Shown here piece after piece: positions 30,405-41,683 of a stretch of DNA of 64,000 nucleotides. Source of the stretch: Nostoc sp. DedSLP01 (GTDB lineage: Bacteria; Cyanobacteriota; Cyanobacteriia; Cyanobacteriales; Nostocaceae). The DNA lies in the NCBI GenBank assembly GCA_034530875.2, contig JAVRCJ020000023.1, positions 1 to 64,000 on the forward strand, written 5' to 3'. Under the pieces are notes generated by a model, which saw only the letters and a list, made by a program, of their open reading frames with translations, was not told the origin of the DNA and did no database searches. Made by a program: the position numbers and the translations under genes. Within the stretch, counting starts at the first letter, position 1. Each line of letters begins with the position of its first letter.

Positions 30405-31646
30405 ATGAATTTTCAAAAAACTTACACCCTGGCTTTTATTTTCACAAATTTCCCTCCAGAAGTAAGCGGTTCGGCTCAATACAATTGGGAGCGCGTTCTC
30501 TGGTTAGCAGAACAAGGAATGTATCATGTTGTTGTATTAGCGCCAGATTGCCAAAAAACAGCTTCTTTACCCTCAGTACCCTCACATTTGAGTGATAGAT
30601 TAATTATTGAAAGTTATCCCTCAAAACCTTGGCTTCCTTATAACATACATTACGTTCCTACGGTTGGGGCAGTAAAGCAAATCAATAAGAGATTAGCTGA
30701 TTACAAACCGCACTTAATTACCCTAGTGGATGTGGAACGAGCTTTCTTATGTGCATCTTGGCAATTTCCTGGCAAAGCTTATGCAAAAGAAAACAAAGTA
30801 ACATATATTACCGAATACCAGACAGATTATTACAATTTTGCGGGTAGTTATCCCACTTTTAAATTTTTGCGAAACATATTTGTTCGTCCTTTAACCAAAT
30901 ATTTCTATCATCAGTTTGATACTACAATCGTACCAAGTAAACAATTGAATAAGCATCTACAAGAATTAGGAATTCAAAATTCGGTGTTTATCTCTTTCTT
31001 TGGCATCGATATATCCTTGTATAGCACTAGACGTAGAAATCGAAATTTCTTAAATACATGCTTAACTGCTGAGGAAAAGAATAATAAAGTTTTACTTTTT
31101 TTGGGAAGAATCAGCTTCGAGAAACGAGTAGACTTGCTGATTGAAACATTCGCACAACTTAAAAAACGAGATGATAATTACTCGCTGATAATTGCTGGTG
31201 ATGGGCCTAGCAGTGCCGTCAACAAATTGAAAAGCCTTGCTCAATCAATTCCTAACATTCATTTTACAGGGTTTATTCATGGGGAAGCTAAAGCAAATTT
31301 ATTAGCTTCATGCGATCTATTTTGTAACCCTTCACCTTACGAGACTTTTGGGCGAACAGTTGTAGAGGCAATGGCATCAGGAATTCCCGTTGTAGCTGTT
31401 GATAGCGGTGCGGTATCAGAATACATGGTTAACAATGTCAATGGATATCTCGTTCAACCAGACAATGTTGAAGAATTTGCTAGAAGAATTGAAGAAGCTT
31501 TATCAAATGATAATACGCAAATCATTCAACAAGCTTTACGAGATGCGGCTCAACTTTCTAGCGAACAAGGATCTAAGAATCTAAATGACTACTATCAACA
31601 ATTACTACTTCCAATGAGTCCACAAAAATCATTAGCAGTAGTGTAG
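30405..31646 (+). CDS. GT4 (GT-B) glycosyltransferase
   Basis: FLGRISFEKRV, AGDGP, PSPYETFGRTVVEAMASGIPVV. Confidence 0.93.
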   Translation: MNFQKTYTLAFIFTNFPPEVSGSAQYNWERVLWLAEQGMYHVVVLAPDCQKTASLPSVPSHLSDRLIIESYPSKPWLPYNIHYVPTVGAVKQINKRLADYKPHLITLVDVERAFLCASWQFPGKAYAKENKVTYITEYQTDYYNFAGSYPTFKFLRNIFVRPLTKYFYHQFDTTIVPSKQLNKHLQELGIQNSVFISFFGIDISLYSTRRRNRNFLNTCLTAEEKNNKVLLFLGRISFEKRVDLLIETFAQLKKRDDNYSLIIAGDGPSSAVNKLKSLAQSIPNIHFTGFIHGEAKANLLASCDLFCNPSPYETFGRTVVEAMASGIPVVAVDSGAVSEYMVNNVNGYLVQPDNVEEFARRIEEALSNDNTQIIQQALRDAAQLSSEQGSKNLNDYYQQLLLPMSPQKSLAVV

Positions 31647-31925
31647 TAATTCGATTTGATTCCTGCATCAGCCAGTACGGTGCGTTATGGCTTTGCTATC
31701 ACGCACCGCGAAACACTCAAAAAGAGAAGAAATGACACGCAGCTTGCAAAAAAAGCAATTTTATAATTTTGAGATATCTAAGATTTTTGAACTTAATAGC
31801 CAAATTTAGAGCAAAAACGCTATGTTACTACACATTAATAAATGTCTGTTCAAAATCTATTCCAGGGCAACAACGCTAATGCTAACCTAGACCATGTAAG
31901 GGCGAGATATCTGAGGAGAAAACTT

Positions 31926-32219
31926 TTGGCAACTATCACTGATATCGGTACTTTGATTACCAGAAATCCTCAGCTGCGTGGAGGTCGTCCCATTATTACG
32001 GGAACAGGTACATCTGTGCGTCGAATAGCAGTTTTGTACAAACAAGGTTACAATGCAGAAGAAATTGCCAGACGGCTGGATCATTTGACAATAGTTCAAA
32101 TCTATGCCGCTTTAACTTATTATCACGCTAACCGAGAAGAGATTGATACAGATTTAGCAGAAGAACAAGCAGCTTATGAGCAGTTAGCAGCACTCCACTA
32201 TGGTCAAAAGCAGAGTTAA
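31926..32219 (+). CDS. DUF433 antitoxin-like protein
   Basis: GGRPIITGT...IYAALTYYHANREEID; likely TTG start after GAGGAG (ORF open from 31842). Confidence 0.88.
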   Translation: MATITDIGTLITRNPQLRGGRPIITGTGTSVRRIAVLYKQGYNAEEIARRLDHLTIVQIYAALTYYHANREEIDTDLAEEQAAYEQLAALHYGQKQS

Positions 32220-32221
32220 CA

Positions 32222-32587
32222 GTGAGTGTGATTCGCCTGTACCTAGATGAAGATGCAATGGACGCTGACTTGCTTGATGCTCTGCGACTGTGCGATGTCG
32301 ATGTAATCACTGTTGCACAAGTAGGGATGCTATCTCGTAGTGATGCAGAGCAATTACAGTGGGCGTTTGTGAATAATCGTGTGATTTATAGCTTTAATAT
32401 TAGGGACTTTTATCGGTTGCATACAATCTTTGTAGAACGCGGAGAATCCCACGCTGGCATTATTTTATGGCAACAAAATTATACTATTGGCGAGCAAATG
32501 CGCCGCCTTCTGAGGTTAATTGCAGCTAAGTCAGCAGAGGATATGCAAAATCAGGTGGAATTTTTAAATGCTTGGGGTGAAGAATAG
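32222..32587 (+). CDS. DUF5615 PIN-like toxin
   Basis: LYLDED, SDAEQL, FNIRDF, HAGII; 2 nt after the DUF433 gene. Confidence 0.88.
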   Translation: MSVIRLYLDEDAMDADLLDALRLCDVDVITVAQVGMLSRSDAEQLQWAFVNNRVIYSFNIRDFYRLHTIFVERGESHAGIILWQQNYTIGEQMRRLLRLIAAKSAEDMQNQVEFLNAWGEE

Positions 32588-32670
32588 TTTTTCATTCTTG
32601 TCACGAATTGGCAAGGTTATGACTAGCATTAATATGTTCAATCAATACTGTGCTAGTTACCCGAAATCCT

Positions 32671-32701
32671 TGTAGAGACGTAGCATTGCTACGTCTCTAC
32701 A
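32671..32701. repeat. Palindromic small dispersed repeat TGTAGAGACGTAGCA-N-TGCTACGTCTCTACA
   Basis: Further copies at 48637-48667 and 56727-56755. Confidence 0.85.
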
Positions 32702-32791
32702 TTTATTTTCATTGCTACGTTTATACATTTATTTTCATCAGATGTCTATCATAGAGAGGCGATTCATCGCGTCTCAATTAGCCATCAAATT

Positions 32792-33565
32792 TCAAGCTGA
32801 TTTAAAAAACCGAATAATTTCCCGCACATTATCGAGAAATTGTCCGTCAGTGGAAAGTTGCGCGATCGCATTTCTCGCTTCTCTGCTTAAACGTTCGTGT
32901 TCTGTTTGATTTGTAGCGCGTAATTCTTCTAAATTAGCAGCAATTCGCGCTAAATCTCTGCGAGTTTCTTCAGCAAAACGCTGTTGAGTTGCTGGCAATG
33001 AAGAGGGTTCTTCTGGATTAAGTCGATCCTCTAAAGATTGCACTTTTTGTTCTAAAGTGGAAAAGCGATCGCGCAGTTCAACAATATCTTCGCGGGGATA
33101 CTTCCATTCTTGGCGAATCATCGCTAACCGCGCATACAAATATTCATAAGCCCGAATCGCCGGACGCAGAATTGTTAATAATAAGGCTGCACCAGAACTG
33201 ACATATCCTACTTGGCTAATACCAGTGGCAGCAAGAGTATAAAGACCAATAGCTGAGAGTATGTGTAAAGCAATGGCAACCCAAAGCGATCGCTTTGCTA
33301 ATACTGTGACATAATTCACCTGTTTGCGATCGACTGGAATTCCTTTCTCAGTAGATTGTGCTGCTTCTGCTAAAACTTCTTTAGCTTGAAAATGCACGTT
33401 CCACGGTACCGTCACAATTACCAACAGCCACCAAAAACTCGCGCCAGCAATTACCCAATCGAGAAAATTACCAGTAGGTAAGTGCAACCATTGCATTAAG
33501 CCAAAAGCAGCTAGCACTACAACCGCAATGCTAGCAATAGAACTGATAAAAAAATTAATATACAT
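32792..33565 (-). CDS. Hypothetical membrane protein with C-terminal coiled coil
   Basis: 257 aa ORF, four TM segments then a heptad-rich tail. Confidence 0.75.
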   Translation of the reverse strand: MYINFFISSIASIAVVVLAAFGLMQWLHLPTGNFLDWVIAGASFWWLLVIVTVPWNVHFQAKEVLAEAAQSTEKGIPVDRKQVNYVTVLAKRSLWVAIALHILSAIGLYTLAATGISQVGYVSSGAALLLTILRPAIRAYEYLYARLAMIRQEWKYPREDIVELRDRFSTLEQKVQSLEDRLNPEEPSSLPATQQRFAEETRRDLARIAANLEELRATNQTEHERLSREARNAIAQLSTDGQFLDNVREIIRFFKSA

Positions 33566-33917
33566 ATTGCTTAGTCTCCGATAAAACCATAATGTAAAAA
33601 TTCAGGAGTCAGAATTCAGAATTTAGAATTCAGAATTTATAAGAGGGTGTTGAGAAAGTATGAATATTCTTACACCATTATTTCGATGGTGACTATGACT
33701 CAGCAGTTCTACTCAAATAATTGTGATACTTTTTCTAGTTGCACACCCGATCTTTTAGATGAAATAGGTACGCTAAGGTGCTTAAATACCTTTGCTACAT
33801 TTTTGTAAAAATTAGTAACATAAGTGCTTGTGATGGTTTTTCTAGCTGCACATATAGCAGAATTCTGTTAGCGTAGCGGGGCGTAGCCCATTCTGACTCC
33901 TGAATTCTGAATTCCGA

Positions 33918-34343
33918 TCAATTAATGAGATAACTACGCCAAACTAGTTTGGCATTTTTACCACCCTTGTCTGGAAGCAGTAATCGCCAGGTTTTACCTT
34001 CTTGCTGAATTTGCAGGTAAAGTTCAAAAGGTTTTTTGGCTTGCGTGAGGCTTCGTTTTGGTAGCTTGACAATCAAATCGTAAGTTCCTCGGACGCGGAA
34101 AGCTGGTAAATTTTCAATGTTTAGGGGTTGTTCTTGGGTAATTGATAACCGCTTGATTTCAAATCCTTGAAAATCTAGATCTAACTGCTGGTTAAGCTTT
34201 TGTTGAGTTTGTTCTAGCTCAAACGCGATCGCTTTTTGCACTAACTCGCTAGTTGGTACTAGTCCAATAGTGCCACAAGCTGTCACTAGTAGCAGCAATA
34301 TTACTGTCAAAACTAACCGCACCATGTTTTTCTGAAATCCCAC
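33918..34343 (-). CDS. Hypothetical lipoprotein
   Basis: Lipobox LVTAC; start probably MVRLV at 34325. Confidence 0.7.
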   Translation of the reverse strand: MGFQKNMVRLVLTVILLLLVTACGTIGLVPTSELVQKAIAFELEQTQQKLNQQLDLDFQGFEIKRLSITQEQPLNIENLPAFRVRGTYDLIVKLPKRSLTQAKKPFELYLQIQQEGKTWRLLLPDKGGKNAKLVWRSYLIN

Positions 34344-34504
34344 TTTTTGGCGATAGTATAGCAGGAGGCAGGGGGCAGGGGGCAGGAGGCAGGGAAAGAA
34401 ATTTTATTAAGTTGTTATCATCCCTTAATTCAGCAACGCCAGAGTTCCTTGTTCTCTGTTCGCTATCTCCACAAATAAATTTAATTTTGCGCGACTACTT
34501 AATT

Positions 34505-35578
34505 ATGCTCATTCAACTCGAACCCCGTGGTGTGCCTTCAAAAATATGGCAGATTTTGTCGCCTCTAGTTGCACTACTCGGAACGGTAATTATAGGATTT
34601 TTCCTCTTTAGTTTATTGGGTAAGCCGCCTGTAGTTGCTTTACAAACTTTATTAATTTCGCCTTTAACTAGCTTTTATGGATTCTCAGAATTAACGATCA
34701 AAGCCACACCAATTTTATTAATTGGTGTTGGTTTATCGGTGTGTTTTCAAGGTAAAGTGTGGAATATTGGTGCAGAAGGACAGTTTACTATCGGTGCGAT
34801 TTTTGGAAGTGCGATCGCTCTGGGATTTCCTAATATTAATAATTACGGTTTATTGCTATTGAGCTTGATAGCTGGCGTATTGGGCGGTGGAATTTGGGCA
34901 AGTATTTCTGCTTGGTTAAAGGTGCGATTTCATGCTAATGAAATTCTCACAAGTTTAATGTTAAATTATATCGCAACTTCGCTATTAAACTATTTAGTAC
35001 ACGGGCCATTAAAAGACCCTCAGGGATTTAACTTTCCTGAATCTGCAACCTTTACAGAATTTGCTAGTTTACAACCATTAATTCCTGGTACGAGGTTGCA
35101 TTTGGGTGTAATTTTCGCCGTTGTAGTAGCAGTATTAATGTGGGGAGTACTGCGACAAACGTTTTTTGGTTTCAGCGTGCGGGTAATTGGTGCTAGTGCT
35201 AAGGCTGCGGTATATGCTGGAATAGAGAGCGATCGCATTATTTGGCTAACTCTTTTAATTAGCGGTGGGTTAGCAGGTTTAGCTGGCGTCTGCGAAGTTC
35301 TTGGCCCTATTGGTCAACTACGTCCTACTATTTCACCCGGTTACGGTTATACTGCCATTATTGCTGCTTTTATTGGCAGGTTAAATCCATTGGGTATGAT
35401 TTTATCCAGTTTACTTATAGCACTTTTGTATGTAGGCAGCGAATTAGTGCAGATTAAATTAGGACTTCCTTTAGCTTTAGCTGGAATGTTTCAAGGTATT
35501 TTATTCTTTTTTCTTTTAGCAACAGATATATTAATTTACAACCAAATAAAAATTAAGTCAAAGCTACAATCAAATTAA
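34505..35578 (+). CDS. Nucleoside/sugar (CUT2-type) ABC permease 1
   Basis: WNIGAEGQF, ANEILTSLMLNY, GYGYTAI; ATG 34505. Confidence 0.9.
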   Translation: MLIQLEPRGVPSKIWQILSPLVALLGTVIIGFFLFSLLGKPPVVALQTLLISPLTSFYGFSELTIKATPILLIGVGLSVCFQGKVWNIGAEGQFTIGAIFGSAIALGFPNINNYGLLLLSLIAGVLGGGIWASISAWLKVRFHANEILTSLMLNYIATSLLNYLVHGPLKDPQGFNFPESATFTEFASLQPLIPGTRLHLGVIFAVVVAVLMWGVLRQTFFGFSVRVIGASAKAAVYAGIESDRIIWLTLLISGGLAGLAGVCEVLGPIGQLRPTISPGYGYTAIIAAFIGRLNPLGMILSSLLIALLYVGSELVQIKLGLPLALAGMFQGILFFFLLATDILIYNQIKIKSKLQSN

Positions 35579-35597
35579 GAATGAAAAAATCTTAGTG

Positions 35598-35762
35598 ATG
35601 ATAGCTACAACCCAACAACTGCCAAAAATGACTGTTGAGTGTTACTCTCGGGGAAAACGAAGAATGTGGTTTTACTATCCTTACACAACTGGAGACATCA
35701 TTACTTTATCAAGTATTGAATTTGAGTTTCCTATAGAATTACTCTATGAAAGTATGGTATGA
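35598..35762 (+). pseudogene. Internally deleted Uma2 (DUF820) endonuclease
   Basis: MIATTQQLPKMTVE joined directly to CYSRGKRRMWFYYPYTTGDIITLSSIEFEFPIELLYE; 54 aa. Confidence 0.7.
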
Positions 35763-36052
35763 GACACATAACTCTAAGTGTTTGTTTTAATACATAATTT
35801 TCCTTGGGATGGTGTGAAGTGCAAGGCAAACGCGACAGGCAAGCAAAAGGCTTATAAAAGATTAAAGTATAGAGATTTTTTTCACATAATTAAATACTCT
35901 TCCCATAAAATAATTCAAGAGTTAGAATCCAGCTTGAGTTAAAAATTAAGAGTGCTATGGATTGTTGAGTTTCTGGAAACTATTACGCTTGGGTATTAAA
36001 TTCTTTTGCATGATGACTGAGAAATGACCGATAAAAAATTAAGAGATTAAGG

Positions 36053-36967
36053 ATGTTTAATGTGTTAAATCAAAAATTATCTTTAACATTAAAATTGATA
36101 ATCGTAACATTAGTTACTGGTGCTACTAGTTTAGGTATGAGCCTGCTTTTAGGTACTATCAAACTTGATTATCTATTAGGAATTCAACCCCCAAAAACCG
36201 AGAGTAAAAAAGTCAGCTTAGAGAAAGCAATGAGCGCATCTGCACAAGCTTTTTCATTAACAACAACTCAAATCAGTGAAGTACCCGAACGATTTCAGGG
36301 GACAGTTATTTCTCAAGCAAATCTCAAACCAAACGAAAAAGCGATCGCCCTGACTTTTGATGATGGCCCCAGCCCTAAAAATACTGCACAGATATTAGAG
36401 ATTTTGGAAAAAAATCATATTAAAGCGACGTTCTTTATGATTGGGCAAATGGTGAAATATTTTCCCCAAGTTGCCAAACAAGTTGCAGCTGATGGCGAGG
36501 TAATTGCTAACCATACATGGCATCATTCTTATCGTCACATGGACGTAGCTACTGCCGCTAGTGAAATAAATAATACAGCAGACATCATTTATCAGACTAC
36601 GGGAGTGAAAACTACTCTCTTTCGTCCCCCTGGCGGCTTCTTGAATAATGGATTAGTTGATTATGCAAAAAGTCATAAGTATGCCGTCATCATGTGGTCA
36701 GAAGTTTTAGGAGATGCCGACCGTCGAGTACCTCAAGTGCCAACGATGGTCAAAAATGTACTAAAAAATGCCAAACCAGGGGCAATTGTCCTCATGCATG
36801 ATGGTGGCGGAAATCGTTCTCGAACTGTGCAAGCTTTACCGCTAATTATCGATGGTTTAAAGGCGCAAGGTTATAAATTTGTCACAATACCAGAACTACT
36901 GGAAATACAAGCCCAAGAAAATAATTTGGTCACAGCAGGTTCGCGCAAATTAAAAAGTAAACACTAA
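36053..36967 (+). CDS. Polysaccharide deacetylase (CE4/NodB)
   Basis: LTFDDGP, NHTWHH, FRPPGG, IVLMHDGGG. Confidence 0.93.
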   Translation: MFNVLNQKLSLTLKLIIVTLVTGATSLGMSLLLGTIKLDYLLGIQPPKTESKKVSLEKAMSASAQAFSLTTTQISEVPERFQGTVISQANLKPNEKAIALTFDDGPSPKNTAQILEILEKNHIKATFFMIGQMVKYFPQVAKQVAADGEVIANHTWHHSYRHMDVATAASEINNTADIIYQTTGVKTTLFRPPGGFLNNGLVDYAKSHKYAVIMWSEVLGDADRRVPQVPTMVKNVLKNAKPGAIVLMHDGGGNRSRTVQALPLIIDGLKAQGYKFVTIPELLEIQAQENNLVTAGSRKLKSKH

Positions 36968-37186
36968 AAGATAAGGTTTTTCAGCACCTAGTAATACCAA
37001 TTTGAAAAAAGAATGCGACAGATACACAGTTCTAAACTCTTGTCCTGTCTAAATTATTAATTTTGAATTTTGTTAGCGCAGCGTTAGCGAGTCCTGTCTG
37101 CGACACGCTACGCGAACGAGCGTCATTTTGAATTGGTATAAGCTGGTCTAGAACAATCAGTTCTGTTCCTTGTTTTTCACAAATTA

Positions 37187-38113
37187 ATGAATATTCAAAC
37201 AATCAGCTTAATCGTTAGCGATAGCATTCGGGCAGCTACACCTCTAATTTTTGCAGCATTAGGTGAATTAGTGACTGAAAAATCAGGGGTGTTAAACCTG
37301 GGTGTTGAGGGAATGATGCTGGTTGGGGCTGTGGCTGGTTTTATTACTACTTCAGTTACAGGTAATATTTACTTGGGATTATCGATCGCATTACTATCAG
37401 GAATAGCGATCGCTCTGATTCATGCCTTATTAACAATTACTATAGCTGCCAACCAAGTGGCGACGGGTTTAGCCCTGAGTATTTTTGGTTCGGGACTCAG
37501 CGCTTTTGTTGGTGCGGGTTATGTAGGTAAAACAATTAGCGGACTGCAACCTGTTGACATCCCAATTTTCCAATCGATTCCGCTTTTGGGTAAAGTTTTA
37601 TTTCATCAAGATATTTTGGTGTATGTTTCAGTTGTCTTAACGATCCTAGTGTCGTGGTTTTTGCAGAGTACGCGGACTGGTTTAGTGTTGCGGAGTATTG
37701 GCGAGTCGCCTGATGCGGCTGATGCTTTGGGTTTAGCTGTTAGCAGAGTTCGATATTTAGCGGTAATGTTTGGTGGGGCGATGGCTGGGTTGGCGGGGGG
37801 TTATCTGTCTCTTGCATATACGCCGCTATGGACAGAAAATATGACTAGCGGACGAGGATGGATTGCGATCGCATTAGTTGTGTTTGCGACATGGAAAGCT
37901 GAAAGAATCCTTCTCGGTGCATACTTATTTGGTGGCGTTGGCGCCATACAATTAATGCTTCAAGGATTAGGAGTTGATATCTCTCCTTATCTTTTATCTT
38001 GTTTGCCTTACTTGGCTACTATCTTAGTTTTGGTGTTGATTTCACGGGACGATACACGTATAAAACTCGAGACACCTGCATCGTTAGGACAACCTTTTAG
38101 ATCTAGTCATTAG
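37187..38113 (+). CDS. Nucleoside/sugar ABC permease 2
   Basis: EKSGVLNLGVEG, GRGWIAIALV, LPYLAT. Confidence 0.9.
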   Translation: MNIQTISLIVSDSIRAATPLIFAALGELVTEKSGVLNLGVEGMMLVGAVAGFITTSVTGNIYLGLSIALLSGIAIALIHALLTITIAANQVATGLALSIFGSGLSAFVGAGYVGKTISGLQPVDIPIFQSIPLLGKVLFHQDILVYVSVVLTILVSWFLQSTRTGLVLRSIGESPDAADALGLAVSRVRYLAVMFGGAMAGLAGGYLSLAYTPLWTENMTSGRGWIAIALVVFATWKAERILLGAYLFGGVGAIQLMLQGLGVDISPYLLSCLPYLATILVLVLISRDDTRIKLETPASLGQPFRSSH

Positions 38114-38557
38114 TCATTGGTCATTGGGTTAGTGTAAATTATTGGTGCTGATAAAAAAATAAATAAAATGTAAAAGAAAAATATTTTAACTTTACTTTTT
38201 AACCTTTTTTCAAAATAAAATTCTGAGTTAAAAATTCTTAACCTACTAATATTGAAATGCGATCGCACTTACATAATATGCGTGAATAGACTCGCGATTG
38301 ACGTTAAATTATCGAAGAATTTGACGCTAGAACTTGCAAAATTGAGTTTGAGTAATTTTCATTAATCGAAAAACTATAGCATAAACTTTAGATTTTCTCA
38401 TATCAACTTTAGGCTTAACTAAATACTATTTCAATCTATTAAAAGAGCGAATTTTTTCAATGACTTTTGATGAGATAACCTCTATCTGGGGAGCGATTTA
38501 GCTGATGAGTCAAATGAAGTAAATATAGAAAACAAAAGCAAACGGACATTGTATTCT

Positions 38558-39001
38558 ATGAAACGGGATTATTTTACAAAAGGGCTTTCCACTGTAGGAC
38601 GTTGGATAGCTACAACATTGTTTTGTGTATCTGCGATCGCTTTTATTTGGCATGGTGCATTTGTTGTAAACGCTTCAGCAATGGCTAGCCCTGCAACAAA
38701 CTTGATTGCATCTGCTGATGTTGACGATGCTAAAGGCAAAGCTAAAGAAGATCTTGGACGAACCAAGGGTTTCGTGCAAGAGACACGAGACAAGCTAAAG
38801 GAAACAGCAAACACTAATGCTAATAAAGTAGACAACGCAACAGATAACGGTAGCTTTGTCGGCCGCAAAGCACAAAGAGATGCAGCTCGAATCGAGAAAA
38901 GAGCAGACGAAGATGCAGCTCGCACACAAAAAGCAATAGACAATACCAAGAATGTTGTTGAACGCGCTGCTGATAGCATTAAAGATGCTTTTAGCAAATA
39001 G
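38558..39001 (+). CDS. Secreted LEA/CsbD-like hydrophilic stress protein
   Basis: Signal/TM segment then A/K/D-rich amphipathic repeats. Confidence 0.6.
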   Translation: MKRDYFTKGLSTVGRWIATTLFCVSAIAFIWHGAFVVNASAMASPATNLIASADVDDAKGKAKEDLGRTKGFVQETRDKLKETANTNANKVDNATDNGSFVGRKAQRDAARIEKRADEDAARTQKAIDNTKNVVERAADSIKDAFSK

Positions 39002-39051
39002 ATAATAGTTGCAGCTGTTGACTGTTAACAGCGGTCATCATACAAAAATAA

Positions 39052-39096
39052 AAAGTCTAAAGGTAAAACAAAGAACTCTTATCCTTTAGGCTTTTT
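39052..39096. terminator. Possible bidirectional terminator
   Basis: AAAAGTCTAAAGG...CCTTTAGGCTTTT between convergent genes. Confidence 0.45.
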
Positions 39097-39157
39097 GCTC
39101 ATAGTAGAATTCAGGAATCATCAAACAAGACAAGCCGATTTACCCTTGCCCTGTTGC

Positions 39158-41107
39158 TCATCCTCCAACATGAATACCAGGACGCATTTCCGGATCTTTT
39201 TCAGCGCGACGGACTACTTCACGGGTAAGAACGGCAATATCGCCTTCACCAAATAGAATAAAACGCAGTAAGTATTGGATGGGGTTTCCCTCTACCCAGC
39301 CGAAGTAAGCATGGGGAATCTTACCTGTTCGATCGCGAATGTACAATAATAAAGCAGCGATCGCATTGGGTACTGCTGCACTTTGGGCGCGGAGAATGCG
39401 GTAATTGCCAACTTGTACGCCTTTGACTTTAATCACCTCAGCAAATTCCGAAGCATCCGACACCATAATCTCTAAAAAGAGAATTGGATCGTCGGCTGGA
39501 ATATGATTGTCTTCACGCACTTCTCTTTCTTTGAAAGAATACTCTTCGACATCGCCTGTATTTAACCGGTTGGCAATTATTCGTATTGCTCCCTGGCTTT
39601 CTTCAGCAATGAATTGACTGGCTATATCATCAACTTCAATTCGCTCGACTCGCAGTTCAGTGGAACGCCAAACGCGAGAAATCAATGAAGTGCAAATGAT
39701 TGCACCAATAAAACATGCAGCAATGCGAATCCCTTCTGGTCTTTCGATAATATTAACAACAGTGGTATATACAAATAACACTGTAATAGTTCCAAAGATG
39801 AAGGTTGCGCGTTTCTCTCGATGACGGCGAGCTGATAAAGTCACGGCAAAGGCGGCTGAGGTAATCAACACCAACACACCAGTTGCATAAGCCCCGCCTT
39901 GAGCTTCCACATTTGCCCGAAAGATAATTGTGACGACAAAGGCGATCGCTGTATAGACTAACACTAAAGGCCGGCTGACTAATGCCCAATTTGGTGCCAT
40001 GCCATAGCGCGGCAAGTAACGAGGCACAATATTTAACAGCCCTGCCATTGCCGATGCACCTGCAAACCACAAAATCGAAATCGTGCTTAAATCGTAAATT
40101 GTGCCAAAGGTATTACCAAGATAAAGGTGTGCCAAATAAGCAAGGGCGCGTCCGTTGGCTTTGCCTCCCTCAGCAAATTCGGGAGCCGGAATTAGCAGAC
40201 TAGTTATAAAACTGCTGGTGAGTAAAAAGAAGCTCATAATCAGAGCAGCAGTAGTAAGCAGCTTGCGTGTATTTTGAATCCTGGCTCTGGGATACCCTGG
40301 AGTATCGCTGCTGCTACCTTTGACGAGGGGCATCACTGTCACGCCAGTTTCAAAGCCTGATAACCCTAGCGCTAACTTAGGAAATACCAAAAGAGCTAGA
40401 CCGATTAGGAGGAAAGGATTAGAATTGCGGGCAAACAATGCAGTTTGCCAGTTAGCGATCGCTTCTGTGTGAATTAAAATCTGAAACAGTCCAACGCTGA
40501 CCACAATCAAGTTTAACAGCAGATAAACTGCCACCAAAAACACTGCAATCCCGATCGCTTCTTTAAAACCTCGCAAGAAAACTGCGCCTAGTAGGGCAAT
40601 TAATACCAGAGTAATAGCGATGGTTTGATTGTGAAGCCAATTTGCAGCCAGCGGATTTTCAATGATATGGGCTGTGGCATCAGCCGCCGATAGGGTAATT
40701 GTGATAATAAAATCGGTAGCCACAAATCCCAGTAAGCACAGTACGAGTAATTTGCCTTGCCACCAGGAAAGCAAACGCTCTAACATAGCGATCGAGCCTT
40801 CCCCGTGATGACTTTCGGCAGCAATGCGCCGATAGATAGGCAATGCACCAAACAGCGTTAGCAAAACTAGAATCAGCGTCGCCACAGGAGAAAGAGCGCC
40901 AGCCGCTAGTGCTGCAATCCCAGGTTGATAGCCAAGGGTCGAGAAATAATCTACGCCAGTCAAGCACATCACTTGCCACCAAGGATGCTGGCGATGCGAT
41001 TCTTCTTTGGGATGAGACCCTTGCCGCCTTCGCCTATTTTCTTCCAGCAACCAGCGCATGAACTGTTTGCTGAGCCGTTTTTTTGAAAAAATTGATTTAG
41101 CCATCAA
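39158..41107 (-). CDS. APC-superfamily permease (YdaO/KimA-like)
   Basis: [26 protein letters not shown], ~12 TM segments and a soluble C-terminal domain. Confidence 0.85.
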   Translation of the reverse strand: MMAKSIFSKKRLSKQFMRWLLEENRRRRQGSHPKEESHRQHPWWQVMCLTGVDYFSTLGYQPGIAALAAGALSPVATLILVLLTLFGALPIYRRIAAESHHGEGSIAMLERLLSWWQGKLLVLCLLGFVATDFIITITLSAADATAHIIENPLAANWLHNQTIAITLVLIALLGAVFLRGFKEAIGIAVFLVAVYLLLNLIVVSVGLFQILIHTEAIANWQTALFARNSNPFLLIGLALLVFPKLALGLSGFETGVTVMPLVKGSSSDTPGYPRARIQNTRKLLTTAALIMSFFLLTSSFITSLLIPAPEFAEGGKANGRALAYLAHLYLGNTFGTIYDLSTISILWFAGASAMAGLLNIVPRYLPRYGMAPNWALVSRPLVLVYTAIAFVVTIIFRANVEAQGGAYATGVLVLITSAAFAVTLSARRHREKRATFIFGTITVLFVYTTVVNIIERPEGIRIAACFIGAIICTSLISRVWRSTELRVERIEVDDIASQFIAEESQGAIRIIANRLNTGDVEEYSFKEREVREDNHIPADDPILFLEIMVSDASEFAEVIKVKGVQVGNYRILRAQSAAVPNAIAALLLYIRDRTGKIPHAYFGWVEGNPIQYLLRFILFGEGDIAVLTREVVRRAEKDPEMRPGIHVGG

Positions 41108-41356
41108 ATACGTTTATGTTGCAAAAGTCAAAGTAACTGATAATATCTTTACTTTTCTTTGTGCGCTCTCTTGGAATACAAGAGTGCTGAGTTATGGAGT
41201 TATTATTTGCCTCCTTGTTTACCCAGTTCCTGAAGAATTATTTGCCAACAATTTTACCTACGTTGGCACGACAAAGCTAACTGTTATTGTCCCACTTTTA
41301 AGAGCCAGTTTCCTCAATCAGCCGATTGCTGTACGTAGCTGTTTGTTATCAAGAAA

Positions 41357-41402
41357 GGCAGGAGGCAGGGGGCAGGGGGCAGGGGGCAGGAGGCAGGGGG
41401 CA
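41357..41402 (+). repeat. STRR array (GGCAGGG/GGCAGGA)
   Basis: Tandem 7-mers; similar arrays at 34361-34394 and 53327-53359. Confidence 0.85.
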
Positions 41403-41683
41403 GTCCCGATGAAATAAGTTTCATCGCCAAGAATGAAAGTATCTTTCTCCCCTTGCTTCCGCTGCCTCCCCTGCTCCCCCTGCTTTTTCAAGCTAGGGGG
41501 CAGGAGAAAAAAGCTTAACTCAACGGTATTGCACCATAACACTACAATCAGAAACAAGCAAATACTGACCTTGGTATTGCAAGTATATTGCAATACCAAT
41601 CTGGCTGGACTATCAAAAAGCTGAAAAGCTTACAGAACAAGGTTGAAAGCTGCTCCCTACCTCCCCACCACAATAAAATCTGT

